Positions 61,996 through 64,000 of a stretch of 64,000 nucleotides of DNA are shown here, piece by piece. Positions within the stretch are counted from its first letter, which is position 1. Every line of letters starts with the position of its first letter. The position numbers and the translations under genes were made by a program. The notes beneath the pieces were generated by a model that saw only the letters and a program-made list of their open reading frames with translations, ran no database searches and was not told where the DNA came from. The DNA comes from the human T2T-CHM13v2.0 reference genome, Homo sapiens. The stretch lies in NCBI RefSeq assembly GCF_009914755.1, contig NC_060927.1. One strand, given 5' to 3'.

Positions 61996-62278
61996 TTTTT
62001 TTTTTTTAAAGACAAGGTATTGCTCTGTCACCCAGGCTGGAGTGCAGTGATGCCATCACAGCCTCACCGCAGCTTTGAACTGGGCTCAAACCTCCTGAGT
62101 AGCTAGGACTATAGATGTGTGCTGCCACACCCAGCTAATTTTCTGATTTATTTTTGTAGAGACGGGGTCTTGCTATGTTTGTTGCCCAGGCTGGTCTTGG
62201 ACTCCTGGCCTTAAGCAATCCTCCCACCTCAGCCCCCACAAAGCTCTAGGGTTACAGGTGTGAGCCACAACATCCAGC
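61996..62278 (-). mobile_element. AluJ
   Basis: Diverged reverse Alu. Confidence 0.9.
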
Positions 62279-62695
62279 TTCATTTATTTATTGAAGGATA
62301 TATGAGTTGTTTTAAAATGTTGGCTGTTATAAAGCTGCTATAAACAATTATGTGCAGGTTTTTGTGCAGACATAAGTCTTCAGTTCTTTGGGATAAATGC
62401 CTAGGAGTACAATTGCCAGATCATGTGGTAGTTTTATTAAGAAACTGAAAAACTTTTCCAGAGTAGCTGTACCATTTTACATTCCCTCCAGCAATGTGTG
62501 AATGATCTAGTTTCTCTGCATCCTCACCAGCATTTGATATTGTCACTATTTTTTATTTTAGCCACTCTTTTAAGTGTGTGGTGATAGCTCATTGTGGTTT
62601 TAACTTGCGTTGTTTAACATCATTAGCTAATGATGCTAAACATTGTTTCATGTATTTGTCATGTGTATATTCAGTGAAATGTCTACATCTTTTGA

Positions 62696-63396
<701 letters not shown>

Positions 63397-64000
63397 ATAT
63401 TCTAGATACTAATCCTTTGTCAGAAAGGAAGTGTGCAGGTATCCTTTCCCAGTCTATGTTTTTTTTTAAAAAAAAATGGTTTCAGATCAGTCTGTATCTT
63501 GTCTTTTCATCCTCTTAACAGGTTTTTTCCCAGTCAGTTTTTTTTTTTAATGGTTTCAGATCAGTCTGTATCTTATCTTTTCATCCTCTTAACAGGGTTC
63601 TTCACAGAACAAAAGTTTTTAATTTTGATAAAGTTCAGTTTATCAATTTTTCCTTTTATGGGTCATGCTTGTGGTGGTCAAGTCTAAGAGCTCTTTGCCT
63701 AGCCTAAGTTTCTCTACTATGTTTTTTCTAGACCTTTTATTATAGTTTTATATTTTACGTTTGTGATCCATTTTGAGTTAATTTTTGTATGAGATGTGAG
63801 ACTTAGATAGCTTCAACCAAGGTTCCTTTGTCTATATTGCTCCAGCACCATCCATGGCAAAGGCGATTTTTTTTCCTCCATTAAATTGCTTTTGCACCTT
63901 TGTAAAAAATCAGCTGGACATACTTGTGTGAGATTATTTCTGGGTTCTGTATTTTGTTGCATTGATTTCTTTTTGTCTATCCTTCCACCACTACCACATA

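Overview
This is primate (human-like) genomic DNA covering the 5' ~64 kb of SEC22A on the + strand, a gene for a longin-domain, multi-transmembrane ER-Golgi trafficking protein. The window opens in a CpG island with a short non-coding exon 1 (ending at 49). Five coding exons follow (7281-7462, 21642-21805, 23187-23381, 43981-44096, 57608-57673). They splice through GT-AG introns into one continuous 241-codon frame with no stop, so the last exon lies beyond the window. The introns are mostly repeats: more than 30 Alus, young and old L1s, L2/MIR, ERVL/MaLR LTRs and hAT/Tigger MITEs. Nearly all entries in the ORF track are repeat-derived or spurious. I see no convincing novel multi-gene system. 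The best leads are a spliced uORF ending 1 nt before the start codon, in-frame competing splice sites at exons 3 and 4, a skippable TM-encoding exon 6, closely spaced inverted Alu pairs, an unexplained GC-richer intronic island (48524-48913) with exon-like splice sites, an internally deleted young L1, a G-quadruplex inserted in a MIR, a weak H/ACA-like double hairpin, and a recent tandem duplication. Repeat subfamily names are by-eye calls from remembered consensus sequences, not RepeatMasker output, and repeat boundaries are approximate.
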